A DNA stretch of 32,000 nucleotides. Source: Corynebacterium glutamicum ATCC 13032. GTDB lineage: Bacteria; Actinomycetota; Actinomycetes; Mycobacteriales; Mycobacteriaceae. The translations under genes and the position numbers were made by a program. The stretch spans positions 2,580,001 to 2,612,000 of the forward strand of contig NC_003450.3 in assembly GCF_000011325.1 (NCBI RefSeq), given 5' to 3'. Shown in pieces: positions 1 through 9,565 of the stretch (positions within the stretch are counted from its first letter, which is position 1; each line of letters starts with the position of its first letter). A model generated the notes under the pieces. The model was not told the origin of the DNA, did not search any database, and saw only the letters and a program-made list of their open reading frames with translations.

Positions 1-708
1 CAGGGTTGGCAAAAGGGCGTTGCGAATGATGTTGCGGAAGAAGATCCACATTTCACCCGCACCGCGAGCACGAACAGCCGCGATGAACGGTTGTGCCTTG
101 ACCTCTTCAATCGAGCGGATGAGCACCTGTGCAAGCGGAGCGGTAATTGGGATGGACAAGGTGATGGTCGGCAGGATCAGTCCTTGTGCCGGGGTGGTCC
201 CAATAACGGGGACCCAACCAAGGCGGAAGGACACGATCTGGATCAAGATGATGCCCAACCAGAAACTTGGAAGGGACACAAAGAATGGAGGCAGAGCCTG
301 GAAGATGCCCTTGATCCATGCAAAGCGATCCATGGTGGCAAGAATGGAAATAACCAGTGCCAAAATGGCTGCGAGCAAGAATGCCAAAATAGCCAAGGTC
401 AAGGTGCCTGGTAGGGCTTCTGCCAGCTGGGTTGCCACGGCAGTTCCGGTTTGTACGGAGTAACCGAAGTTACCTACAAGGAAGCCACCCAAGGTGGAGA
501 AGTACTGAGCGATCAGGGATTCATCGGCACCATAGGATTCACGGATCTGTGCGATCTGCTCAGGTGACAGACCCAAATCAGGGCTGGAATAGCGGGCGGA
601 CACAGCATCGCCAGGGAGGGCGGAAAGCATGATGAACGCCAAGGTAAAGGTGACCAACAAGACCAAGACGGCTTGGCCGATGCGGCGCAGAATCTGCGAG
701 GTAGTCAT
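1..708 (-). CDS. ABC peptide/nickel transporter permease (DppB/OppB-type), N-terminal 236 codons; gene continues beyond the left edge
   Basis: Absent from the ORF track because it has no stop in the window. The minus-strand frame is open from ATG (708-706) to base 1. The translation starts MTTSQILRRIGQAVLVLLVTFTLAFIMLSALPGDAV and ends ...ARGAGEMWIFFRNIIRNALLPTL, typical of family-5 ABC permeases. Its ATG directly abuts the TAA of the upstream binding-protein gene (TAAATG). Confidence 0.8.
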   Translation of the reverse strand, partial: MTTSQILRRIGQAVLVLLVTFTLAFIMLSALPGDAVSARYSSPDLGLSPEQIAQIRESYGADESLIAQYFSTLGGFLVGNFGYSVQTGTAVATQLAEALPGTLTLAILAFLLAAILALVISILATMDRFAWIKGIFQALPPFFVSLPSFWLGIILIQIVSFRLGWVPVIGTTPAQGLILPTITLSIPITAPLAQVLIRSIEEVKAQPFIAAVRARGAGEMWIFFRNIIRNALLPTL

Positions 709-2418
709 TTAGTCCTCCTCACTGGAATGGTCGCTGGAATGGTCAATGTAGGTCTCATAGAAGCTGGGGCGGCCGATCACTTCGGGGCTAAAGCCCTTCA
801 CGTAAGGCTGCACGCCGTAGACAACTGGCTCTTCAAACAGTGGAAGAACATATGCCTGCTCGGTGATGTAATCCTGTGCTGCGGCAGATGCTGCTGCACG
901 GTCCTCTTCGCGTGGGCTGGATGCAATAGCCATGAGGAGTTCCTCCAAATGAGGATCGCCAATATCGGCGGTCTCCCCTTCCACGGTCATGTTCAACAGC
1001 TCGTTGCGGTTGGTGGAGTACAGCTGGGATTTCAGCACGTCATAGTCTGCGCGACCCACCATGGTGTGGCGAACCTGGATCTTGTTGAGATCCTTGGAGT
1101 CAGCGTCCTGGGCTGCTTGGTCACCTGGGTTGAGGTTGACCTTGATGCCCAGATCACCGAGCTGTTCTTGGACCATGGTGACAACTTCGCGTGAACGAGG
1201 CTGTGGGAGGGCTTCGTTGAAGGTGAGCTCTAGAAGTTCACCGTCCTTGCGACGCATGCCGTCGCTATCAAGGGTCCAGCCGGCTTCGTCAAGCAGAGCT
1301 GTTGCTTTGTCTAGGTCGTAGACATAGGCATCTACTTGTTCTTTGTAGCCCAGTGCATTTTGCGCAAGCACAGAAGTTGCCAGCGGATAGGAATCACTAA
1401 ACAGCACACGCATGATCTTTTCGCGGTCGATCGCGTGGATCAGAGCTTGGCGAACACGGATGTCTGAGAGCAGCTCGTTTTTGAAGCGGAAGTTGAAGCT
1501 GTTGTTCACACCGTTGGTGGCTGCGGAGATGATCGGGATGCCTGCATCCTTCAGGTGTGCCTCCACTGGCGCTTCGATCTGGCGGGCGATATCACCTTGG
1601 CCAGCAACGATGGCTCCGATGCGGACGGATTCTTCACCCGCGAGGACATAATTGACGGCGTCAAGCTTCGCGCGACCTTGATGTTCGCGTGATGGTGGTG
1701 CCCAATCGTAATCCTCACGCGCAGTCAAGGTGAGGTTGGTGCCTAGGGTTTCATCGGTGATCACGAAAGGACCGGAGCCGATGACGTTTTGGGCGTTGCC
1801 TGGGGCGAAATCCTCATTGGCGAACTCCAAGGTGGAATCGGCATAAAGGCCAGCGTTGAAGGAGCTGGTGGCCTGAGCAAAACCAGGTGCAGGCTCAGAG
1901 AAGTGGAATCGGACGGTGTCCTCATCTACTACTTCGCCGTGGTCGTAGTTGGTGATCTGCTCAGAGATGGTGAGGCGTCGATCTTGATCGCCGAGGCCAT
2001 AGAGATCGAAGTTTTTCACCACGTTTTCAGCCGTCAGCGGGGTGCCATCGGAGTAGGTGACATCGGTGCGGATGTTGAAGGTAAATTCCGTGGCGTCTTC
2101 GTTTACTTCTGGGAGTTCGGTGGCGATCCACGGCTTGAGTTCCAAGGTTTCAGGATCCTGGTAGAGCAAGCGGTCTGCAATGTTGTTCACCACACTGCCG
2201 TTGGGGTAAAAGCCCGCTGATGGTGGGTACAGGGTGCGGAAGAACTGTGGCTCTAAGTAAGTGAGCGTGTTGTCTTCTGCTTGTGAGGGTTGTGCTGTGC
2301 AGCCGGACAGGACTGCCAATCCTGCCAGCGTAGCGGCGGCCGCGGTGAAAAACCGGCGGGTTATTGAGCGTGGTTTGGTTTCGGGGGAGCCGAGACCGTG
2401 TCTGTGCTTTTTAAACAC
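709..2418 (-). CDS. ABC transporter substrate-binding lipoprotein, family 5 (peptide/nickel)
   Basis: 569-aa ORF. The N-terminus has a twin-arginine motif (SITRRFFTAAAA) followed by the lipobox LSGC, which suggests a Tat-exported lipoprotein. Size and sequence fit DppA/OppA-like binding proteins. It sits directly upstream of the permease in the same operon. Confidence 0.85.
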   Translation of the reverse strand: MFKKHRHGLGSPETKPRSITRRFFTAAAATLAGLAVLSGCTAQPSQAEDNTLTYLEPQFFRTLYPPSAGFYPNGSVVNNIADRLLYQDPETLELKPWIATELPEVNEDATEFTFNIRTDVTYSDGTPLTAENVVKNFDLYGLGDQDRRLTISEQITNYDHGEVVDEDTVRFHFSEPAPGFAQATSSFNAGLYADSTLEFANEDFAPGNAQNVIGSGPFVITDETLGTNLTLTAREDYDWAPPSREHQGRAKLDAVNYVLAGEESVRIGAIVAGQGDIARQIEAPVEAHLKDAGIPIISAATNGVNNSFNFRFKNELLSDIRVRQALIHAIDREKIMRVLFSDSYPLATSVLAQNALGYKEQVDAYVYDLDKATALLDEAGWTLDSDGMRRKDGELLELTFNEALPQPRSREVVTMVQEQLGDLGIKVNLNPGDQAAQDADSKDLNKIQVRHTMVGRADYDVLKSQLYSTNRNELLNMTVEGETADIGDPHLEELLMAIASSPREEDRAAASAAAQDYITEQAYVLPLFEEPVVYGVQPYVKGFSPEVIGRPSFYETYIDHSSDHSSEED

Positions 2419-2564
2419 TAGGCTTACCTCCAGTGAATCTTTAAGTTACTTTACGTGTCAGCTAATTTATGTTCCAGAACTTAACACACTTTTAGACTGA
2501 TCGGTATATTGGTTCAGACCAACCTGTCTAATTGGGGTATTTATTTTAATGATCAGGAGTTTTC

Positions 2565-4508
2565 GTGAGCACAACCGATAAGCAGGTAGCCATCGTTGGA
2601 GTTGGCCCCAGAGGTATTTCCATACTCGAAAGGATCGCAGCAGCTCTCAACACAGTTTCCCGCCCCAAACAAGGCTTGACCATCCACCTGATTGAGGATG
2701 CCCAGATGGGTGCAGGCAACGTGTGGCGCACTGATCAAACCCGCACGCTGTGCATGAATACTCTGGCCGGTGCGGTGACATTATTCACAGAGCCAGGCTC
2801 TACGGTGAGCGCTCCAGTGGTGGAAGGACCACTGCAATTTGATTGGATTCGCCTGCTGCGCGGCGATGAGGATTTGAGCGGCATTCCTACAAAAGCCATC
2901 GAGCTGTTCCGCACCTACCCCCCAGCTGCATCCGTGGCGGAGGATTTCAAGGAAGAGCTAGCAGCCACTGTTATCCAGTCCAATCCTTCCCGTGCTCTTT
3001 ATGGCGCATATCTGCGGTGGGCTTTCGATGTCGCTTTGCAGCTGTTGCCACAGTGGGTCAAGGTCGAGCAGCACCATGCGCGCGCGATTGGCATCCGCGA
3101 AGATGGTGACCGCGATGTGATCACCTTAGATAATTCTGAGATGATTTCCGCCGATTCCACTGTGTTGGCTGTCGGCTGGCAAACCCCCGCCCCCAATGCG
3201 GAGGAGCTGTCCATCGCGGCTGCTTTGGAGGAGAACCCTGATCTGGTGTGGGTCAAGCCCGGCAACCCTGTCGAGCAGGATGCCAGCCTCATTCCCGCTG
3301 GCGAACAGGTGCTTGTCCGCGGGCTGGGCATGGGATTTTTCGATATCATGGCGCTGACCACCATCGATCGTGGCGGCATCTTCCACGAGGATCCCAGCAC
3401 CCGTTCCGGTTTGCGCTACGAGGCATCTGGTGAGGAACCACACTTTGTTATTTCCTCCGGGCGCGGCTACCCCTACCTGCCTAAATCCGATTACAAATCG
3501 CTGCCACCAGGGGCAAAGCTAGCGCGACTCAAGGCTGTTATCGCGGCGATCAACGCGCAAAATCGTGGTGTCGCATCCATCAACTATGATGCGGAAGTGT
3601 GGCCAGCTGTTGCTCGCGACGCCTACGAAGCCTATTACGAAACCCTTGATCGCGTAAGCCCAGAATCTATCCGGACCGGTCTGGATAAAATTGTGGAAAT
3701 TATTGATGAGGTGGACGTCGATAAGCTTCCTAAAGCACTCGCCGCGCACACCGATGACGTCTTTGACCTGCATGCTTGGGAATTTCCGCTCGCGGGAATT
3801 AATGAAAGCGTCGAGGCGCTGACCGCACGCATCGCGGACGGCATGGCCCGCGATATTCGCCATGCAGTAACGGCCTGGGACAGCCCGCTGAAATCCGCGC
3901 TGTGGTCCATTTCCGCCGCGCGCAAACCCAGCTCCATCCTGGGCGCGGAAGGCCGCCTGACCTTCGAATCGCGCCGCAACCGCTTCGCCGCCGTCATGGC
4001 GATCGGCCAGATGGTCGGCTCCGGCCCACCGCTTTTCCGCACCCGCGAACTTCTTGCGCTTGTCGACGCCGGCCTCGCTCACTTCGCCGGCGCCCGCCCC
4101 CGCCTCAGCGTGAGCGACGGTCAATGGCAGATCTCCTCGCCCACCACCGGCGATACGCCGCTGAGATCGAAAGTGCTTGTCGACGCGTGGATGCACAACC
4201 CAGATGTGCGTCGCAACGCCGACCCGCTAGCACTGTCTTTGGAAGATGCCGACCGGGTACGCCCCTTCAACGACTATTCCGTCGACGGAACCGCTGCCCC
4301 CACAGGCTCCCCCGAAGTTGATCCGGCAACCCGACTTTTGGTTCACCCCAACGGCAACCTCGATCCGCGCGTGCACCTGATTGGCATCCCAACCTATGGG
4401 CAGCTGGCCGACACCACCATCTCGCCGATGCCTGGAACCAACCCGCTCATGCTGCAAGAAACCGACAAAACAGCCGTTCACGTGCTAAAGCAGCTCGGCT
4501 TGATCTAG
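2565..4508 (+). CDS. FAD/NAD(P)-binding protein (NAD_binding_9-like), function unknown
   Basis: 647-aa ORF with a GTG start preceded by AGGAG (2553-2557). It has an N-terminal Rossmann dinucleotide motif (VAIVGVGPRGISILERI). It is divergent from the ABC operon. Confidence 0.7.
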   Translation: MSTTDKQVAIVGVGPRGISILERIAAALNTVSRPKQGLTIHLIEDAQMGAGNVWRTDQTRTLCMNTLAGAVTLFTEPGSTVSAPVVEGPLQFDWIRLLRGDEDLSGIPTKAIELFRTYPPAASVAEDFKEELAATVIQSNPSRALYGAYLRWAFDVALQLLPQWVKVEQHHARAIGIREDGDRDVITLDNSEMISADSTVLAVGWQTPAPNAEELSIAAALEENPDLVWVKPGNPVEQDASLIPAGEQVLVRGLGMGFFDIMALTTIDRGGIFHEDPSTRSGLRYEASGEEPHFVISSGRGYPYLPKSDYKSLPPGAKLARLKAVIAAINAQNRGVASINYDAEVWPAVARDAYEAYYETLDRVSPESIRTGLDKIVEIIDEVDVDKLPKALAAHTDDVFDLHAWEFPLAGINESVEALTARIADGMARDIRHAVTAWDSPLKSALWSISAARKPSSILGAEGRLTFESRRNRFAAVMAIGQMVGSGPPLFRTRELLALVDAGLAHFAGARPRLSVSDGQWQISSPTTGDTPLRSKVLVDAWMHNPDVRRNADPLALSLEDADRVRPFNDYSVDGTAAPTGSPEVDPATRLLVHPNGNLDPRVHLIGIPTYGQLADTTISPMPGTNPLMLQETDKTAVHVLKQLGLI

Positions 4509-4559
4509 GGTGAGGTGAGTTATTTAAAGACTTCATAATATTTTGGGGAGTGAACTGGT

Positions 4560-5930
4560 TTGGCATTGAAGGGTTACACCAACTTTGACGGTGAATTCAT
4601 CGAATTCGGATCTGTGCAAGCAAAAGAAGAGGAAAAACGGGCATTCGACAACGATCGCGCGCACGTTTTCCACTCCTGGTCCGCGCAGGACAAAATCAGC
4701 CCCAAAGTATGGGCAGCTGCCGAAGGTTCCACGCTGTACGACTTCGACGGCAACGCCTTCATCGACATGGGTTCCCAACTTGTCTCGGCAAACTTAGGCC
4801 ACAACAACCCTCGATTAGTTGAGGCGATCCAGCGCCAAGCAGCCCGGTTGACCAACATCAACCCGGCCTTCGGCAATGATGTGCGCTCTGATGTTGCTGC
4901 AAAGATCGTGTCGATGGCCCGTGGCGAATTCTCCCACGTGTTTTTCACCAACGGCGGCGCCGACGCCATCGAGCACTCCATCCGCATGGCTCGCCTGCAC
5001 ACCGGACGCAACAAAATTCTGTCCGCATACCGCAGCTACCACGGCGCAACCGGATCCGCGATGATGCTCACCGGCGAACACCGCCGCCTGGGCAACCCCA
5101 CCACCGACCCAGATATCTACCACTTCTGGGCACCATTCCTGCACCACTCCTCATTCTTTGCCACCACCCAAGAAGAAGAATGCGAACGCGCACTCAAGCA
5201 CTTGGAAGATGTCATCGCGTTTGAAGGTGCTGGCATGATCGCAGCGATCGTCCTGGAGCCAGTGGTGGGATCATCAGGAATCATCCTGCCACCAGCAGGT
5301 TACTTAAATGGCGTGCGCGAACTTTGCAACAAGCACGGCATCCTCTTCATCGCCGACGAAGTCATGGTCGGATTCGGACGCACCGGAAAACTGTTTGCTT
5401 ACGAGCATGCTGGCGACGATTTCCAGCCAGACATGATCACCTTCGCCAAGGGTGTTAACGCAGGTTACGCCCCACTCGGTGGCATCGTGATGACCCAATC
5501 AATCCGCGATACCTTCGGATCAGAGGCATACTCCGGCGGACTCACCTACTCCGGACACCCACTTGCAGTAGCACCCGCCAAGGCAGCGCTGGAGATTTAC
5601 GCGGAAGGAGAGATCATTCCACGCGTAGCTCGACTTGGCGCTGAACTGATCGAACCTCGCCTTCGTGAACTAGCGGAAGAAAACGTAGCGATCGCTGACG
5701 TGCGGGGCATCGGATTCTTCTGGGCAGTGGAGTTCAATGCAGACGCCACTGCCATGGCTGCCGGTGCTGCAGAATTCAAGGAACGCGGCGTGTGGCCGAT
5801 GATCTCCGGCAACCGATTCCACATCGCGCCGCCGCTGACCACCACTGATGACGAATTGGTAGCACTGCTGGACGCGGTGGAAGCTGCAGCCCAAGCTGTC
5901 GAGCTGACCTTCGCTGGGGCGTTGTTCTAA
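4560..5930 (+). CDS. Class-III (omega) pyridoxal-phosphate aminotransferase
   Basis: 456-aa ORF with a TTG start 9 nt after GGGGAG. Motifs: FTNGGADAIE, IADEVMVGFGRTGK, and ITFAKG (PLP lysine). Confidence 0.85.
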   Translation: MALKGYTNFDGEFIEFGSVQAKEEEKRAFDNDRAHVFHSWSAQDKISPKVWAAAEGSTLYDFDGNAFIDMGSQLVSANLGHNNPRLVEAIQRQAARLTNINPAFGNDVRSDVAAKIVSMARGEFSHVFFTNGGADAIEHSIRMARLHTGRNKILSAYRSYHGATGSAMMLTGEHRRLGNPTTDPDIYHFWAPFLHHSSFFATTQEEECERALKHLEDVIAFEGAGMIAAIVLEPVVGSSGIILPPAGYLNGVRELCNKHGILFIADEVMVGFGRTGKLFAYEHAGDDFQPDMITFAKGVNAGYAPLGGIVMTQSIRDTFGSEAYSGGLTYSGHPLAVAPAKAALEIYAEGEIIPRVARLGAELIEPRLRELAEENVAIADVRGIGFFWAVEFNADATAMAAGAAEFKERGVWPMISGNRFHIAPPLTTTDDELVALLDAVEAAAQAVELTFAGALF

Positions 5931-6213
5931 GTTTTCTAGATAACAAGGCCAGCACAGACCACCATATCTACGACCCCAAAAACCGACTCCAAGCTCCGCG
6001 GCGACGAAGCCGCGCTCGCGCCACCGACCAAGCAGCCGGTCCAGGTTTAAAGATTTTGCTTTTCGACGCTCCCCTCCACCTCATTCAATGCGGCGGAGGG
6101 GATTTCCTTGCATGTTAAGCCTATAGGAAAAAGTGTTTGCATATCACCCTTGTATTCGAACACGTGAGCGGGTAGAGTGGGTGGTAACAACACGGGGAAA
6201 GGGGGAAGACACC

Positions 6214-7767
6214 ATGAGCATCACCACACACGTCCAAGCACTCACCACAGCACTCAACGCCATCGACAACCATTTGGCCAGCATGCTCGACCATGGTGTC
6301 ACCCCAGACCAATACAAGGCCATCGAGCCCGACCTCATCGCCCTAGAACACACCATCAACCACCACGCCACCATCGCCGCCCAAACCACAGCCCTCGCCG
6401 AACGCACCAACGCCGCCCACACCATTGGCTCCACCCACCTCATCGACTACCTCACCACCACCTTCGGACTATCCAAAGCACGCGCCCACCACCGCATCAA
6501 TCTCGCCCACTCCCTCTACCCCATACCGAAGCCAAACCCTGGATCTGGCAACGGCGGTAATGGTGGCAATCCCGACGGCGGTCCTGATGGTGGCGACTCG
6601 GGTGATGACGACTCCGGCGACGATGACCCCGACCCCGAACCGGACAAGCCTGAAGACGGCAAACCTGATGGTGATAAGCCTCGTGGGCCACGGATCAGCG
6701 CGGAAAAACACGCCATCATCACCGACGAACTCGCCCGCCTCAACCCGAATACCACACCCAGCGCCGAGGAGCTACGCACCCAAGCCCTGAGTCAAGCGAT
6801 CTGGCGCACCCCAGAAGACCTCCGCACGTGGCTACGCCACCACGTCACCACCGCCAATAAAAACAACCCCAACCCCATCACCGCCATGAAAAGGCGCTAC
6901 CTCGCTGTAGGTAAACCCGATGCCGACAACATGGTCCGCATCAGCGGCCTCGTGCCCGCAGCCACCGCAGCACTGATCACCGCGAACACCGCACCGTTAA
7001 CCAAACGCGGCAACCTCGTGGATCTACCCGCAGCAGAAGATATGCGCACCCGCGGGCAACGCCATGCGGACGCGTTGCATCACATCATGGAGATCTACAA
7101 CCACGGTATTGTCACCCCAGCTCGTGGTGGAACAGCCAGCATCATCATCTCCATGACCACCGATGATCTTGATGAGATCAACCACGGTGATCATGGCGAT
7201 GGCAGTCTACTTAACAACCTGTACCCCACCAATACGGGTTACTCATTGAACTTGGCGGAGATCATGAACCTCATCGCTGCGAAATACGACTTCGCTGTGC
7301 TCCTCGATGGTGAGACGGGGCAGCCGTTGAACGTCAATAGGATGCAGCGCTCAGCGAACCTGACTCAACGCATCGCGTTGTTTGCTTCTGAGTTGGTGTG
7401 CTCGGCACCCAATTGTGACAGGCCGCAGTTAGAGTGCGAGGTTCATCATTTAGATCCCTGGATGAGAGGTGGGCTGACCAACCTGGTCAATCTCACGCAT
7501 CAGTGCTTTAATCACCACCCACGCAACGATGATTCCAGGAGTGGGGTCAATGGTAAAGGGTTTATGGACCGCGATCCCGTTACTGGCAGAGTAGGTCACT
7601 ACTCAGCAAGTGGTGAGGGGCCGGTGTTTAACCGGTCGGCTGCTGCTGATCGTTCCGGTGGTGCGTGGGCCAGACGTAAGCATCATGGCCCACCACCGGA
7701 ACCGCCGAGCCCGCCGGATCCACCTGGTCCTGAGCCGGATCCTGGTGATGAGGGCAGATTGTTCTAG
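6214..7767 (+). CDS. DUF222 / HNH endonuclease (13E12-repeat-family type)
   Basis: The track ORF starts at 6133, but the ATG at 6214 follows the purine-rich GGGAAAGGGGGA, giving MSITTHVQALTT. The C-terminal HNH motif is CSAPNCDRPQLECEVHHLDPWMRGGLTNLVNLTHQCFNHH. There is an internal acidic/Gly/Pro low-complexity linker (nt about 6541-6680) and a Pro-rich tail. Confidence 0.8.
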   Translation: MSITTHVQALTTALNAIDNHLASMLDHGVTPDQYKAIEPDLIALEHTINHHATIAAQTTALAERTNAAHTIGSTHLIDYLTTTFGLSKARAHHRINLAHSLYPIPKPNPGSGNGGNGGNPDGGPDGGDSGDDDSGDDDPDPEPDKPEDGKPDGDKPRGPRISAEKHAIITDELARLNPNTTPSAEELRTQALSQAIWRTPEDLRTWLRHHVTTANKNNPNPITAMKRRYLAVGKPDADNMVRISGLVPAATAALITANTAPLTKRGNLVDLPAAEDMRTRGQRHADALHHIMEIYNHGIVTPARGGTASIIISMTTDDLDEINHGDHGDGSLLNNLYPTNTGYSLNLAEIMNLIAAKYDFAVLLDGETGQPLNVNRMQRSANLTQRIALFASELVCSAPNCDRPQLECEVHHLDPWMRGGLTNLVNLTHQCFNHHPRNDDSRSGVNGKGFMDRDPVTGRVGHYSASGEGPVFNRSAAADRSGGAWARRKHHGPPPEPPSPPDPPGPEPDPGDEGRLF

Positions 7768-7976
7768 CCCTTGTTATTGCTGAGTTGTTGTCATGTTGTT
7801 GTGCCTGTTGTCAGTCGCCCCAGTGTGTCTGATACCGGGCACAGCCATGCCCACACCAACACGTCACCAATCCCATACAACACCAGACCACCCCAACCCT
7901 GAATAAACCCCTATTTTTCTAAAAAGTCACACTTTGCCGTATAGAAATTCAGTCAACCAAGAGTACTCTGTCCACC

Positions 7977-8726
7977 ATGGTTTTTACTCTTGCGGACTCC
8001 GTCTCCCAGGTTGCGCTAGGTCCGTCCTGGCTGGACCCTATGGAACTTCTTTCCGGCTCCGGCCCGTTCGGTAGCTTCATTCTTCCGGCGATGCTTGCCA
8101 TTGTCTTTATCGAATCAGGCCTACTTTTCCCACTTCTACCAGGTGATTCTCTCCTTTTCACCGGTGGTCTCCTAGCTAACCAGGCTGACCCTTTTGCACC
8201 GCTGTGGCTGGTGCTGATCCTCTGCCCTATCGCCGCAATTCTTGGCGATCAGGTGGGTTACTGGATTGGCCACAAGTTCCACCCTCGCCTGGTCAATCGT
8301 CCGGATGGCAGGATTTTCAAGCAGGAATACCTCAAGCAGACTGAGGATTTCTTTGAGAAGCATGGCCCCGTGACGATCATTTTGTGCCGTTTCGTGCCCA
8401 TCGTCCGTACTTACGCACCTCTGGTCGCAGGTATGGCTGGCATGCGTTACCGCACGTTCATTATTTACAACATGATCGGTGGCATTTTGTGGGGTTCCGG
8501 CGTGGTGGCTTTGGGTGCTGCGTTGGGTCAGTTCGATTTCGTCCGCAACAATATTGATCTGATTTTCTTGCTGATCGTGTTCATTTCGGTGGTTCCTGGT
8601 TTGGTCGGCATGGCCCGCAAGCTGGCTGACGGCCACAAGCAAGCCAACACCGAGCCACAAGAAAACCCCGCAGTCCAGACAGCCCCAGTAAAAACCCAGG
8701 AAGCCCAGGAAGCCCCCCAGAACTAA
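7977..8726 (+). CDS. DedA/SNARE-associated family membrane protein
   Basis: 249-aa ORF with the DedA signature FIESGLLFPLLPGDSLLFTGG and several hydrophobic segments. There is no Shine-Dalgarno sequence. TACTCT lies 7 nt before the ATG, so the transcript may be leaderless. Confidence 0.8.
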   Translation: MVFTLADSVSQVALGPSWLDPMELLSGSGPFGSFILPAMLAIVFIESGLLFPLLPGDSLLFTGGLLANQADPFAPLWLVLILCPIAAILGDQVGYWIGHKFHPRLVNRPDGRIFKQEYLKQTEDFFEKHGPVTIILCRFVPIVRTYAPLVAGMAGMRYRTFIIYNMIGGILWGSGVVALGAALGQFDFVRNNIDLIFLLIVFISVVPGLVGMARKLADGHKQANTEPQENPAVQTAPVKTQEAQEAPQN

Positions 8727-9433
8727 TCTTTCCGGTCCGCCAGTTCGATACGTGGTCGTACGTCCACGTTGGTGATCTGGGTGGTTTCGCCAGCGTCAAT
8801 CACGAATCTGATTGCGTTGGCGATTTCTTTTGGTTCGATGTAGATCTCTGGGCGGAAGTTGGTGCCTTGTGAGTCCATGAGGCCTTGCAGCATGGGGGTG
8901 TTGGTGGGGCCGGGGCTGACAGTGCTGACGCGGATGCCGTTGTTGGCTTCTTCTTTGCGGAAGGCGTCGGCGAGTCCGCGGAGGGCGTGTTTGCTGGCGG
9001 CGTAGATGGTGTTGCCGGGGTGTGGTCCGTTGCCGGCGCCGGAGTTGATGTAGATGACGCAGCCGGATGCCGCGCGGAGGGCGGGCAAGAGTTGGCGACT
9101 CAACTCGGCCGGGACAATGACGTTGAGATCAAGGTGTGCGTGCCATTCGGCCACACTGCCGGCTTCGATGGTCGTGTCACGCGCCACCGCCGCGGCGTGC
9201 ACCAGCGTATCCACGTGGTCGAGGTTTTTTAGCTTGTCGACGCCTCCCTCTTCCAACACTTCCTTCACGATATCGGACTCGATAGGCTCTACTCCCTCGA
9301 TCTCTGCGAGAGCTGCCAGATGCTCTGGATTTCGGCCCAAGGCGTAGACAATGTGGTCGCGGGAGAGGTCTTTGACGATCTCAATTCCCATGCCTCCGGT
9401 CGCTCCGGTAACGACCGCAATCTTCTTCTTCAT
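8723..9433 (-). CDS. Short-chain dehydrogenase/reductase (SDR)
   Basis: Cofactor motif VTGATGGMG and catalytic YAASK. I prefer the ATG at 9433 (MKKKIAVV, GAAAGG 7 nt upstream) over the TTG at 9439 used in the track. The stop overlaps the DedA stop. Confidence 0.85.
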   Translation of the reverse strand: MKKKIAVVTGATGGMGIEIVKDLSRDHIVYALGRNPEHLAALAEIEGVEPIESDIVKEVLEEGGVDKLKNLDHVDTLVHAAAVARDTTIEAGSVAEWHAHLDLNVIVPAELSRQLLPALRAASGCVIYINSGAGNGPHPGNTIYAASKHALRGLADAFRKEEANNGIRVSTVSPGPTNTPMLQGLMDSQGTNFRPEIYIEPKEIANAIRFVIDAGETTQITNVDVRPRIELADRKD

Positions 9434-9565
9434 GATCAACCTTTCGTATGAATTTTCTGTATAAAACCCATGTTAGATGTTTTATTCAGGGATTTTAGTT
9501 GATATGTCCAGTATCTCGCTGAAAACGCTGGTTGTCTTGTAGAAAAAGGCGTAACGTCATATAAC

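Noticed and set aside
673-2220. Several plus-strand ORFs (673-1194, 1061-1321, 1412-1651, 1789-2220)
   Set aside because: All are antisense to the 569-aa binding-protein gene, and none has a motif or a Shine-Dalgarno sequence.
6071-6101. Hairpin CCCCTCC-N17-GGAGGGG as terminator of the aminotransferase gene
   Set aside because: The loop is long, there is no T-tract on either strand, and it lies 140 nt beyond the stop codon. The evidence is too weak to call a terminator.
9440-9565. TetR operator in the SDR/TetR divergent spacer
   Set aside because: I looked for a clear palindrome and found only weak partial dyads (around GTAACGTCAT), so I cannot support a site call.
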